Program-made: the position numbers and the translations under genes
The notes under the pieces: model-generated
Databases searched by the model: none
Told to the model about the DNA's origin: nothing
The model's input: the letters and a program-made list of their open reading frames with translations, nothing else
From: an uncultured Clostridia bacterium
Lineage (GTDB): Bacteria; Bacillota; Clostridia; Oscillospirales; CAG-382
Assembly (NCBI GenBank): GCA_947630765.1
Contig: CANRIX010000001.1
Span: 26,399-90,398, forward strand
Direction: 5' to 3'
Length of the DNA stretch: 64,000 nucleotides
Shown here: in pieces, positions 37,691 through 45,072 of the stretch
Numbering within the stretch: the stretch's first letter is position 1
Layout of the letters: the number at the start of each line of letters is the position of its first letter

Positions 37691-40126
37691 CTATGCGGGC
37701 AGGGTGTCCACATTTCGCGCGAAGGCCAGCGCCCCCTTCTGGTCAGTGCGAATGCAGTCGCTGAGAAAGCGGTAGACCGTCTGCTGCAATCGCAGGAATT
37801 CGGGTTCCCGAACGAACGCGCCCATAGTAACCGCTTGCCCTTCCGACGGCGAACCGGGCCCGACGGAGGCATATACCGACGCGTCTTTCAAGTAAAGCAC
37901 GCCGTTTTCGTCACGTGAAACGACGCCGGTCAAAACTTTTTCGCCCGTCATGCCGTCCGGCAGGGATACGGCAAGGGTTTCGGCTTCGCAAAAATCGCAT
38001 ACGCCGTTTTCCCCCTCCACGCAGACGGTCAGCTCGTCCGGGAGACGCAGGGTGTAGGCGTATCCGTTCGACCCGTCCGCAAGCGTTCCGCGCACCGCGA
38101 TCTGTCGTTCGACGTAAGGGGCAAGCCCGGATGCGTCCTCGTATTGTGTACCAAAATTCAAAAGGAAGTAGTTTTTTGCGCTCCCGATCGGGAAGAAATC
38201 CCATTTCGCACTTATTTCGTATTCCACGTTGCTCAAAAACACATACCGAACATTCGCGCTGGTCGAAACGAAGGATTGATACCACTGCCCGTTCTCCAAC
38301 TGCACCATTTCCTGCGTTTCATACTGCAAGTCTCCGGGGTCGCGGTAGGTTTCCGGGTCCTGCGCATGAAGCGACAATGCGTTCACATAGGCGGCTTTCA
38401 AAGGCGTCGGAAGGAACAAGGCGACGTCCTTCAGGTAAAAGATCCCGTCCTCGTCCAGCATGACCACGCCGGTCACCATTTCCGAATCAAATTCGTCCTT
38501 ATCCCAGAACAGCGGACCCAGCCAGCGCGGAAGCGCGATCCTGTCCGTTTGGTAGAATGCACAGGTCCCGCCTTCCCCTTCCACGCAAACGGTCAGTTCG
38601 TCCGTAAGCACCAAGACGCGGGAATATTTTTCGCCATCTCCGCCGTCCAGTTCTCCCCATACCGCGATCGGGCGTTCGACGTAACGGGCGACGCCGGTCT
38701 CGTCCTCGAATCGTGCGCCGGCATTGTAGAGATAATAGGTTTTTTCGCTTCCGATCGGGATGAAGTCCCAATTCGCGTTCATCTCGTACTCCGCGTTGCT
38801 CAAGAACACATACCGAATGTTCACGTCGGACGCGACGTAGGACTGGTACCATTGCCCGTCCTCCAATTGCACCATTTCCCGCGTTTCGCTCTGCAATTCA
38901 CCGGGATCGCGGTAGGTTTCCGGGTCCTGCACATGCAGCGAGGAAGCATTTTTATAATCCGCCTCTATACCGGCGACGGTTGTCCCGCCGGATGTTTCGC
39001 CGGACGTTTCGTTTGATACCTCGCTCGACGTTTCTCCAGACGTTTCGTTTGATGTTTCGTTTGATACCTCGCTCGATGTTCCTTCAGATGTTTCACCTGA
39101 GGTTTCGTCCGATACCTCGCTTGATGCCTCCTCCGACGTTCCGGCAGCCGTGCATACCATCAGCGTCAGAAGTGCAGCGCAGAGGACGACGGTCAGGCAG
39201 ATCGCCCAAACGGGAATTTTTCCTTTCATAATACGCGTAATCCTCTCTTTCACACTGACTTTGCCAAAGGACAACGGTGAGAAGACGGGGCTTCCGCCTT
39301 GACTGACAGAAAGCAGCGCCAGCGAATACGCTTTCCTGTCCGCTTCCGCCATGTTTTTGACGGTTTTTTCGTCGCAGGCGTACTCGATGTCCTTGCTGAG
39401 CAGGAGGTACGCCGCCCAAACCAGCGGGTTGAACCAGTGTACGCAAAGCACCAGAAACGCGAGCGGTTTGAGGATATGGTCGAACCGCTTGATGTGCGAC
39501 TCCTCGTGTGCGATGTAGTACGGCCAGTCCGCCCGGTTCGCGGATGCCGGGATATAGATCAGCGGGCGGAAGAACCCGGACACGAACGGGGAACAATTTT
39601 GCCCCAGCACGCGCACCCGGCTGTCGTAAACGACCGCGTCCCGCACCTGGTAATGCAGCAGCAGCGAACTCGCAGTCAGGTAGCCGAGCATGACAATGAT
39701 CCCGCACACCCAGACCAAGGAAAGGATTTCGACCACGTCCACCGTCGATTCCTCCGGCGATGCGGCGCCCGGGACGGGTTGCGCAACGTCAGTGTCCAAC
39801 GTCGGGACGCTGTCCGGGACGACGTTCGGCACGTCGGTGTACGGCGTGGAGACGGTACCCGGGACGACGTTCGGCACATCATTCTGCACCGCCTCCGACA
39901 CGGACTGCGAAACGATTTCCTCCGCAGGCGACGGAAAGGGCGAAACGGAAGCCGGAAGCTCGATCAGCCCGACGGGAATGACCAGCCGTGCGAACACGAC
40001 CGCCCAAATCACGCACCGAAGAAAGGACGGGCCCTTCTTCAAAAGCGGGCGCAGGAGAATCGCCGCAAGCACGGCGATCGACGGAATGATTGAAGCGCTG
40101 CACAGACCGAGAAACAGTTCTTTCAT
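37691..40126 (-). CDS. M56 (BlaR1/MecR1-like) membrane sensor-protease, paralog A, with a large novel ectodomain
   Basis: 811 aa. TM helices, the M56 zinc site YIAHEESHIKRFDH, and FNPLVW..EYACDE. This is followed by a further TM, an S/E/T-rich linker and two about 180-aa tandem domains. Confidence 0.85.
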   Translation of the reverse strand: MKELFLGLCSASIIPSIAVLAAILLRPLLKKGPSFLRCVIWAVVFARLVIPVGLIELPASVSPFPSPAEEIVSQSVSEAVQNDVPNVVPGTVSTPYTDVPNVVPDSVPTLDTDVAQPVPGAASPEESTVDVVEILSLVWVCGIIVMLGYLTASSLLLHYQVRDAVVYDSRVRVLGQNCSPFVSGFFRPLIYIPASANRADWPYYIAHEESHIKRFDHILKPLAFLVLCVHWFNPLVWAAYLLLSKDIEYACDEKTVKNMAEADRKAYSLALLSVSQGGSPVFSPLSFGKVSVKERITRIMKGKIPVWAICLTVVLCAALLTLMVCTAAGTSEEASSEVSDETSGETSEGTSSEVSNETSNETSGETSSEVSNETSGETSGGTTVAGIEADYKNASSLHVQDPETYRDPGELQSETREMVQLEDGQWYQSYVASDVNIRYVFLSNAEYEMNANWDFIPIGSEKTYYLYNAGARFEDETGVARYVERPIAVWGELDGGDGEKYSRVLVLTDELTVCVEGEGGTCAFYQTDRIALPRWLGPLFWDKDEFDSEMVTGVVMLDEDGIFYLKDVALFLPTPLKAAYVNALSLHAQDPETYRDPGDLQYETQEMVQLENGQWYQSFVSTSANVRYVFLSNVEYEISAKWDFFPIGSAKNYFLLNFGTQYEDASGLAPYVERQIAVRGTLADGSNGYAYTLRLPDELTVCVEGENGVCDFCEAETLAVSLPDGMTGEKVLTGVVSRDENGVLYLKDASVYASVGPGSPSEGQAVTMGAFVREPEFLRLQQTVYRFLSDCIRTDQKGALAFARNVDTLPA
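37868..38959 (-). repeat. two tandem domain repeats of about 175-190 codons inside the paralog A ectodomain
   Basis: aa ~390-578 (YKNASSLHVQDPETYRDPGELQSETREMVQLEDGQWYQSYV...) versus aa ~579-753 (YVNALSLHAQDPETYRDPGDLQYETQEMVQLENGQWYQSFV...). Both end with G(I/V)(F/L)YLKD(V/A). Confidence 0.85.
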
Positions 40127-40230
40127 TTTCTATCCCCTCCCTGTCGTCGTTGAAATCTCGTTTTGATTGGTATTGCTTGTTATTCCTTGAGACTAGTATA
40201 TCACACTATACCTATCTTGTCAAGAGGTTT
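39150..40230 (-). repeat. copy 1 of a roughly 1.1-kb direct duplication (promoter, leader, first ~325 codons of the M56 gene)
   Basis: Protein residues 1-325 are near-identical to paralog B. From EILSLVWVCG to AALLTLM only two residues differ (KGKIPVW vs KGKNPAW). Upstream promoter sequence is also shared. Boundaries are approximate. Confidence 0.85.
40195..40223 (-). promoter_or_regulatory. promoter of M56 paralog A
   Basis: Minus strand reads TTGACA, 17-nt spacer, TATACT, with an extended -10 TG (gTGaTATACT). Confidence 0.6.
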
Positions 40231-40324
40231 TTGAAAATTTTTTTGATCGCACGCTCTCGCATGACGGTCGTGACAGCCGCACCGTTCCTCTCGCGACGCG
40301 GAAACCCCGTTTTCCCCTTCTCTG

Positions 40325-42082
40325 TTACGGACGAATCTGCGTTTCGGAAACCGGTTTGCCGACTTTTTGGTTCTGAATCAGGTCGAGAAGGGTCTCGGAC
40401 GATACCGTATAGTATGTGCGGTCGGAATCGTCCCCGCTTTCCTCACCGGCAGCAAGCAGCAGGAAATCCGGCTCCATGCTGTCCCCGTCCTGCGTCTGGA
40501 AAAGCTGTATTTCGTCGATTTGTTCCGCTTCCGACGGACTTTCGATCAATTCGCGGGAGGCGCCTGCCGAAAAATCGTAAAAGTACACGGCACTCTTCGC
40601 ATCCTCGCGCAGGAGATACAAAAAGCCGTAATTACTTCCCTGCGGGTCATACCAGGTCAGCCCCGAAACCGTCTGTCCGTCCGAAAGGTCCGCGAGTTTT
40701 TCCGTTTCCTTGAGGTCCGCATTGAAAAACCAAATCGCATTGTCCGACGCGACCGCCGCCCCGACGTCATTTACGCCGATCGAACGGATCTCGTCCGCTT
40801 CAAATACGATTTCGCAGCCCGAACCGTTCGCGTATTCGCTCAAAAGCAGGACGTTCCGGCTGCTCTCGTCGTCATAATCGTATTCCACATGGTACAGGAA
40901 TCGCTGATACCCGTCCAAACGGTAAACGCTGTGCAAATAAAAATCGGTGGAGCCGAGCCCGTATTCGCTCAATTGCTTTTTCAGTGCCTCGATCTCCGCG
41001 TTATCCAAAGGCAGATTTTGGCCATCGCCCGACGCATCGGAATCGGCGCTCGTATCCGCGTTATCGCTTTCGTTCGTCGCGTCGCCCGTCGGTGTGCTTC
41101 CGAGCGAGCACGCCATCAGCGTCAGAAGTGCCGCGCAGAGGACGACGGTCAGGCAGATCGCCCAAGCGGGATTTTTTCCTTTCATAATACGCGTAATCCG
41201 CTCTTTTACGCTGACTTTTCCGAAGGACAGCGGTGAGAAGACGGGGCTTCCGCCTTGACTGACGGAAAGCAGCGCCAGCGAATACGCTTTCCTGTCCGCT
41301 TCCGCCATGTTTTTGACGGTTTTTTCGTCGCAGGCGTACTCAATATCCTTGCTGAGCAGGAGGTACGCCGCCCATACCAGGGGGTTGAACCAGTGCACGC
41401 AAAGTACCAGAAATGCGAGCGGTTTGAGGATATGATCGAACCGCTTGATGTGTGATTCCTCGTGCGCGATGTAGTACGGCCAGTCCGCCCGGTTCGCGGA
41501 TGCCGGGATATAGATCAACGGGCGGAAGAACCCGGACACAAACGGGGAGCAGTTCTGCCCCAGCACGCGCACCCGGCTGTCGTAAACGACCGCGTCCCGC
41601 ACCTGGTAGTGCAGCAGCAGCGAACTCGCAGTCAGGTAGCCGAGCATGACAATGATCCCGCACACCCAGACTAGGGAAAGGATTTCGACCACGTCCACCG
41701 TCGATTCTGCTGCCGAATCGGCGCCCGGAACGGGTTGCACAACGTCAGTGTCCAACGTCGGGACGCTGTCCGGGATAATGTTCGGCACGTCGGTGTACGG
41801 CGTGGAAACGGTACCCGGAACGACGTTCGGCACATCATTCTGCACCGCGTCCGGCATAGATAGCGAAACAGTTTCCTCCGCAGTCGACGCGAAGGGCGAA
41901 ACGGGAGCCGGGAGCTCAATCAGCCCGACGGGAATGACCAGCCGAGCAAACACGACCGCCCAGATCACGCAGCGAAGAAAGGACGGGCCCTTCTTCAGCA
42001 GCGGGCGCAGGAGAATCGCCGCAAGCACGGCGATCGACGGAATGACCGAAGCGCTGCACAGACCAAGAAACAGTTCTTTCAT
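40325..42082 (-). CDS. M56 (BlaR1/MecR1-like) membrane sensor-protease, paralog B, with a different ectodomain
   Basis: 585 aa. N-terminal ~325 aa as in paralog A, including HEESHIKRFDH. The C-terminal ~255 aa (LGSTPTGDATNESDN...YRLDGYQRFLYHVEYDYDD...) is unrelated to paralog A. Confidence 0.85.
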   Translation of the reverse strand: MKELFLGLCSASVIPSIAVLAAILLRPLLKKGPSFLRCVIWAVVFARLVIPVGLIELPAPVSPFASTAEETVSLSMPDAVQNDVPNVVPGTVSTPYTDVPNIIPDSVPTLDTDVVQPVPGADSAAESTVDVVEILSLVWVCGIIVMLGYLTASSLLLHYQVRDAVVYDSRVRVLGQNCSPFVSGFFRPLIYIPASANRADWPYYIAHEESHIKRFDHILKPLAFLVLCVHWFNPLVWAAYLLLSKDIEYACDEKTVKNMAEADRKAYSLALLSVSQGGSPVFSPLSFGKVSVKERITRIMKGKNPAWAICLTVVLCAALLTLMACSLGSTPTGDATNESDNADTSADSDASGDGQNLPLDNAEIEALKKQLSEYGLGSTDFYLHSVYRLDGYQRFLYHVEYDYDDESSRNVLLLSEYANGSGCEIVFEADEIRSIGVNDVGAAVASDNAIWFFNADLKETEKLADLSDGQTVSGLTWYDPQGSNYGFLYLLREDAKSAVYFYDFSAGASRELIESPSEAEQIDEIQLFQTQDGDSMEPDFLLLAAGEESGDDSDRTYYTVSSETLLDLIQNQKVGKPVSETQIRP

Positions 42083-42250
42083 TTTCTATTCCCTCCCTGT
42101 CGTCGTTGGAATTCTTTTGCCAGATCCACTTTTCCGGGGAAATGCATGCCTTTGCGATTCCGATGTACGCATCTCGCTGTCTCGTTTGAATTAGTATTGT
42201 TCGTTATTCCTATGCGGTGAGTATATCACAATATACCCATCCTGTCAAGA
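41105..42250 (-). repeat. copy 2 of the roughly 1.1-kb direct duplication
   Basis: Same as copy 1, but the leader carries an extra 68 nt (42112-42179). Boundaries are approximate. Confidence 0.85.
42220..42248 (-). promoter_or_regulatory. promoter of M56 paralog B
   Basis: Minus strand reads TTGACA, 17-nt spacer, TATACT (tTGtgaTATACT context). Homologous to the paralog A promoter. Confidence 0.6.
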
Positions 42251-42333
42251 GGTTTTTGAAAGATTTTATATTTTTTTCAAATTCCATGAAATATGGCTCC
42301 TTGAGCGGCACGAAAAAAATTTTTTAATGCCTG

Positions 42334-42362
42334 TTGACAAATGTAAGTGCATGTGTTATACT
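42334..42362 (+). promoter_or_regulatory. promoter of the blaI operon
   Basis: TTGACA (42334-42339), 17-nt spacer, TATACT (42357-42362), with an extended -10 TG. Confidence 0.65.
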
Positions 42363-42383
42363 GCACTTACAAAAGTAAGTGGA
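42343..42383 (+). promoter_or_regulatory. putative BlaI operator: three half-sites forming two overlapping palindromes
   Basis: GTAAGTGCA (42343-42351), 10-nt spacer, TGCACTTAC (42362-42370), aaaa, GTAAGTGGA (42375-42383). The first pair is a perfect 9-bp inverted repeat spanning the -10. The second pair (CACTTAC-aaaa-GTAAGTG) covers the +1/RBS region. Confidence 0.6.
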
Positions 42384-42397
42384 AAGGGAGCACCCAT

Positions 42398-42775
42398 ATG
42401 GAACTGAAAGAAATTCATCTCGGAGAAGCGGAGACGCGCTTCGCAAAAATCGTCTGGCAGAACGAACCTGTCACCACGAGCGCACTATATCGCCTGAGCA
42501 AGGAGGCGCTCGGCTGGACCAACAGCACGACCTTCACCGTTTTGCGGCGACTGTGCAAAAAGGGACTTTTTCGGACGGAAGAAGGCGTTGTCACGTCCCT
42601 CGTCTCGCGAAAGGACTTCTTTGCCGAGCAAAGCCAGAAATTCGTCAGCGAGAGCTTCGACGGGTCGTTCCCGTCCTTCCTCGCCGCCTTTTCGGAGCGG
42701 CAGAAACTCACCCCGGAGGAGATCGAAGCGGTCCGCAGCATGATCGAAAAATTTGAAAAGGGGGAAGGATCATGA
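42398..42775 (+). CDS. blaI: BlaI/MecI/CopY family transcriptional repressor
   Basis: 125 aa from MELKEIHLGEAETRFAKIVWQ. Winged-helix block TTFTVLRRLCKKGLFRTEEG and C-terminal dimerisation-type helix. Overlaps the next gene by 4 nt. Confidence 0.85.
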   Translation: MELKEIHLGEAETRFAKIVWQNEPVTTSALYRLSKEALGWTNSTTFTVLRRLCKKGLFRTEEGVVTSLVSRKDFFAEQSQKFVSESFDGSFPSFLAAFSERQKLTPEEIEAVRSMIEKFEKGEGS

Positions 42776-44046
42776 ACCTGGAGCAATTGTTTTTGTCCCT
42801 GCTCAATCGCAGCCTTGCGGCGTGCTGGCTGATCCTTGCGATCATCATTCTGCGTCCGTTTCTGCGCAGAGTGTCGCGGTCGCTTTGCTGTGCGTTGTGG
42901 GGTCTTGTGGCGTTTCGGTTGCTTTGCCCGTTCCCGGTTCGGAGCGTGTTGAGCCTGATCCCGAGCGTGGAAACCGTTCCGACGGATCTCGCTTCGGCGA
43001 CGACCATCCTTGACGGGCTCCTTCCCGTAGGATCGCAAACGGGAGACGCTCTTACGTCCTCCCCGTCCGACGTCCCCGCGACCGCACCCGCCGCGCTAAC
43101 GCTTTTGCAGGTCCTGACGTGGATATGGCTGATCGGGGTTGCGATGCTCCTCCTATATGCGTTGGCGTCCTCCCTGCGGATATACCGCTGTGTGCGGGAG
43201 TCTGTTCGGCAGGAAGGCGGGTACTGGATGTGCGACCGGGTCGATTTTCCGTTCGTGATCGGCTTTTTCCGCCCGCGTATCATTCTGCCGTTTGAAGTGG
43301 ATCGGCAGGACCTTCCGTACATTTTAGCGCACGAGCGGGCGCATATGGCACGGCACGACCATTGGCGCAAGCCGATCGCATTCCTGCTCCTTTCCGTGTT
43401 CTGGTTCCAGCCGGTGTTCTGGATCGCCTATCATCTGCTTTGCAGGGATGCGGAATTTGCCTGCGACGGGCGTGCGCTCCGCAGTCTGGGAATCGACAAG
43501 GAAAGCAAGGCGGGCTACGCGATGGCACTGCTGAAAAGCTGCCCCCAGCGCTCCTACGCCGCAAAGCTGACCGGCCCGTTGGCGTTCGGTGGTCTGCAGA
43601 TCAAGCGTCGGGTGGATTCCGTGCTGACGTATAAGCGACCCACGACGGTGCGGATGCTGGCGGCGCTGCTGATGTGCGCGGTGCTGGCGGTATGCTTCCT
43701 GACCGACCCGGAAGTCGAAGCGCATGCGGTCGCGGACACCTCCCCGGCGGAAACCGCCCCGATCGAAACCCCTCCCGAAGAGGACGCGACGTCCCTGCCC
43801 GCCGAAGCGCCGGAAGGAATGACGGCGAACCGATCGGAGCAGGAGGACGAAACCACAATATGGTATCTTTCTGAAATCTTTCAGTATTTCGTGGAAGAGC
43901 TTGGATACGACCCGCAGTACATCTTGGACTGGGCGATCGATCAGGTAAATCGTGAATATCCGGACGGCGAAAATTTTATGTTGATCATTGATATTGACGT
44001 CGCCACCTATCTGGAAACGGGCAAAATGATCAAGGTCGCGCAATAA
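42772..44046 (+). CDS. M56 (BlaR1-like) membrane sensor-protease, paralog C (cognate of blaI)
   Basis: 424 aa. Blocks FFRPRIILP, zinc site ILAHERAHMARHDH and FQPVFW..EFACD. A short acidic linker precedes a unique ~90-aa C-terminal domain. Confidence 0.85.
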   Translation: MNLEQLFLSLLNRSLAACWLILAIIILRPFLRRVSRSLCCALWGLVAFRLLCPFPVRSVLSLIPSVETVPTDLASATTILDGLLPVGSQTGDALTSSPSDVPATAPAALTLLQVLTWIWLIGVAMLLLYALASSLRIYRCVRESVRQEGGYWMCDRVDFPFVIGFFRPRIILPFEVDRQDLPYILAHERAHMARHDHWRKPIAFLLLSVFWFQPVFWIAYHLLCRDAEFACDGRALRSLGIDKESKAGYAMALLKSCPQRSYAAKLTGPLAFGGLQIKRRVDSVLTYKRPTTVRMLAALLMCAVLAVCFLTDPEVEAHAVADTSPAETAPIETPPEEDATSLPAEAPEGMTANRSEQEDETTIWYLSEIFQYFVEELGYDPQYILDWAIDQVNREYPDGENFMLIIDIDVATYLETGKMIKVAQ

Positions 44047-44087
44047 GCTCTCGTGGAAAAATTCCGACAAAAAAAGAAAAGGGGGAA

Positions 44088-45044
44088 ATGAAGATGAAAG
44101 TTACACGGCAGTTTCCAAAACTTTTGGCGGTGGGTTTGGTTCTCGCAATGACCCTTTCGTCCCTTTCCGGGTGCGATAAGGAGGAACAGACCTCGGCGGG
44201 GATGGTCAGCGATTTTGAGTCGCAAACGCACATTCAGGTCAGCGCACCGGCGGCGGAATCGACTTCCGGCGAAACAATTTCCGGCGAAACGAGCGATAGC
44301 ACGTCGAAAGAACCGCTTTCCGGCGAATTTGTCGTCAGCGAAAAGAAGTACGATTACAAAGATGGGAATCTGGAACTGCTCTACGTCGAAAATCAAACGA
44401 ACCGGCATTGCAACGTGACAATTCACGGGAAATACCTCGACGAGAACGGCGAAACGATTCGGGAGGAAACGCAAACCTATATTTGTTTCTCTGCAGGCTG
44501 GGCGAATTACTTTCAATTCTATCCGAGAATGACATTTAACGGTTTTTCCTACGAGATAGAAACCGAAGAATATGTGAAGGAACCGCTTTATAGCGACGAG
44601 AACGGAACGCCGCTTGTGTCTTACCTCAATATCCGTTATGTGAAAAATATGTATTGGATACGCGATTTTTTTACCGGAGGCGTAGAGGCAAGGACCATGG
44701 TATTCGATACTGTCATAGAAAATCATCACCCGACAGTATCCATCAGCGCAGAGTACTACGTCATTGTATTTGACGAACAAGGGGAAATCTATTTATTGGG
44801 TACCGAATATGACGATATGGCTTTTGGAGTTGGAAATGGTGTCTTTGGTACGTGTATCGACCCGGTCGGGACGGGGGACAATGGGGAAACGCGCGTTCCT
44901 ACACCGATTTGGATGCAGGAGTTAGGACAGGATGAAACGGTTCCGGAGAACGTGCAGGGCGTCTTTACCGCCGTTTACGCTTTGATCGATGTGGTCGATT
45001 ATCAAGAATATGTGAAGCAACTTCATTCGGACGGGATTGGGTAA
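44088..45044 (+). CDS. lipoprotein, paralog 1 of an uncharacterised tandem family
   Basis: Lipobox LSSLSGC, a TSGET-type linker, then conserved blocks EFVVSEKKYDYKD, NRHCNVTIHGKYLDENGETIREETQT and PENVQGVFTAV. Confidence 0.85.
   Translation: MKMKVTRQFPKLLAVGLVLAMTLSSLSGCDKEEQTSAGMVSDFESQTHIQVSAPAAESTSGETISGETSDSTSKEPLSGEFVVSEKKYDYKDGNLELLYVENQTNRHCNVTIHGKYLDENGETIREETQTYICFSAGWANYFQFYPRMTFNGFSYEIETEEYVKEPLYSDENGTPLVSYLNIRYVKNMYWIRDFFTGGVEARTMVFDTVIENHHPTVSISAEYYVIVFDEQGEIYLLGTEYDDMAFGVGNGVFGTCIDPVGTGDNGETRVPTPIWMQELGQDETVPENVQGVFTAVYALIDVVDYQEYVKQLHSDGIG
44262..44291 (+). repeat. 2 copies of the 15-nt unit acttccggcgaaacg (TSGET linker repeat)
   Basis: Read directly from the sequence. Paralog 3 has 3 copies of this unit. 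Confidence 0.85.
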
Positions 45045-45072
45045 AGAAAACGGAAGAAAGGAAGGATTGGTT

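Noticed and set aside
38978-39145. Short repeated units that might be mistaken for a CRISPR-like array
   Set aside because: The repeats are contiguous, lie in frame within a coding region, and encode an S/E/T linker. There are no spacers or cas genes.
37691-44046. Classical beta-lactam resistance locus (bla or mec type)
   Set aside because: BlaI and M56 proteins are present, but no beta-lactamase or PBP2a-like gene exists in the window. None of the three ectodomains shows the SxxK/penicillin-binding pattern of BlaR1/MecR1 sensor domains on inspection.
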